Source: Azolla caroliniana
Taxonomy: Eukaryota; Plantae; Polypodiophyta
Assembly: GCA_043228905.1 (NCBI GenBank)
Contig: JBHGNT010000007.1
Coordinates: forward strand, 9,362,001 to 9,426,000
Direction: 5' to 3'
DNA: 64,000 bases
Shown here: positions 63,683-64,000 of the stretch, piece after piece
Numbering within the stretch: position 1 is the stretch's first letter
Layout of the letters: every line of letters begins with the position of its first letter
Notes under the pieces: generated by a model
Told to the model about the DNA's origin: nothing
The model's input: only the letters and a program-made list of their open reading frames with translations
Database searches by the model: none
Position numbers and translations under genes: made by a program

Positions 63683-64000
63683 TGTAAAAGGCCCCTTTAG
63701 CTTAATTACATATTTCTTAATGTAAACAATCAAGTATGTGATTGTGTGCAACCGAAAATAGAAATGGATTAGAGGGGTGAGAGAGAGAGAGAGAGAGTCG
63801 ACACAAGGTAGACAGAAAACAAACAAAAAACTATATTTCAAAAGAATGATAACCGACACTTACAAAGGTGAGGAGAAGGTATTTATATAGTCACCTTCTC
63901 TTTGTTAAAACTACCTCTCGGGAAAGAGGGGGGAACTTAACTAACTCATAATTATGTGTCATAGGAGTTACATATAAGTTGAGAAGCAAGCTCAACAAAG
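63683..64000 (-). mobile_element. Probable LTR 3' portion running off the window
   Basis: Abrupt end of L1 homology at a TG; (CT)n tract and CTATATAAATA TATA-like on the minus strand; no partner LTR visible. Confidence 0.4.

Overview
Eukaryotic land-plant DNA, probably a non-seed plant such as a fern (inferred from the retroelement types only). Bases 1-32000 are a GC-rich nest of LTR retrotransposons: (i) two degenerate Ty3/gypsy elements of an 'FLDDIxIKG' RT family, (ii) Athila/Tat-like gypsy elements, one with a ~930-codon extra ORF, (iii) truncated and solo Ty1/copia LTRs, and (iv) one intact, very young copia element (23874-29230). Bases 34758-61040 hold a complete minus-strand VPS50/syndetin gene (24 coding exons, 1119 aa, one GC-AG intron) whose introns carry LINE fragments and a hAT MITE. 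An L1 remnant and a probable LTR end close the window. The most unusual signal is in the Athila/Tat-like elements: a tRNA-Arg 3'-half mimic ending in CCA (an inverted primer-binding site) sits where the polypurine tract should be, in two different LTR families, which suggests tRNA priming of both cDNA strands. Second, the other gypsy family has a conserved, covarying -1 frameshift signal between protease and RT. All coordinates, translations and folds were done by eye, and tRNA matches rely on recalled plant tRNA sequences.
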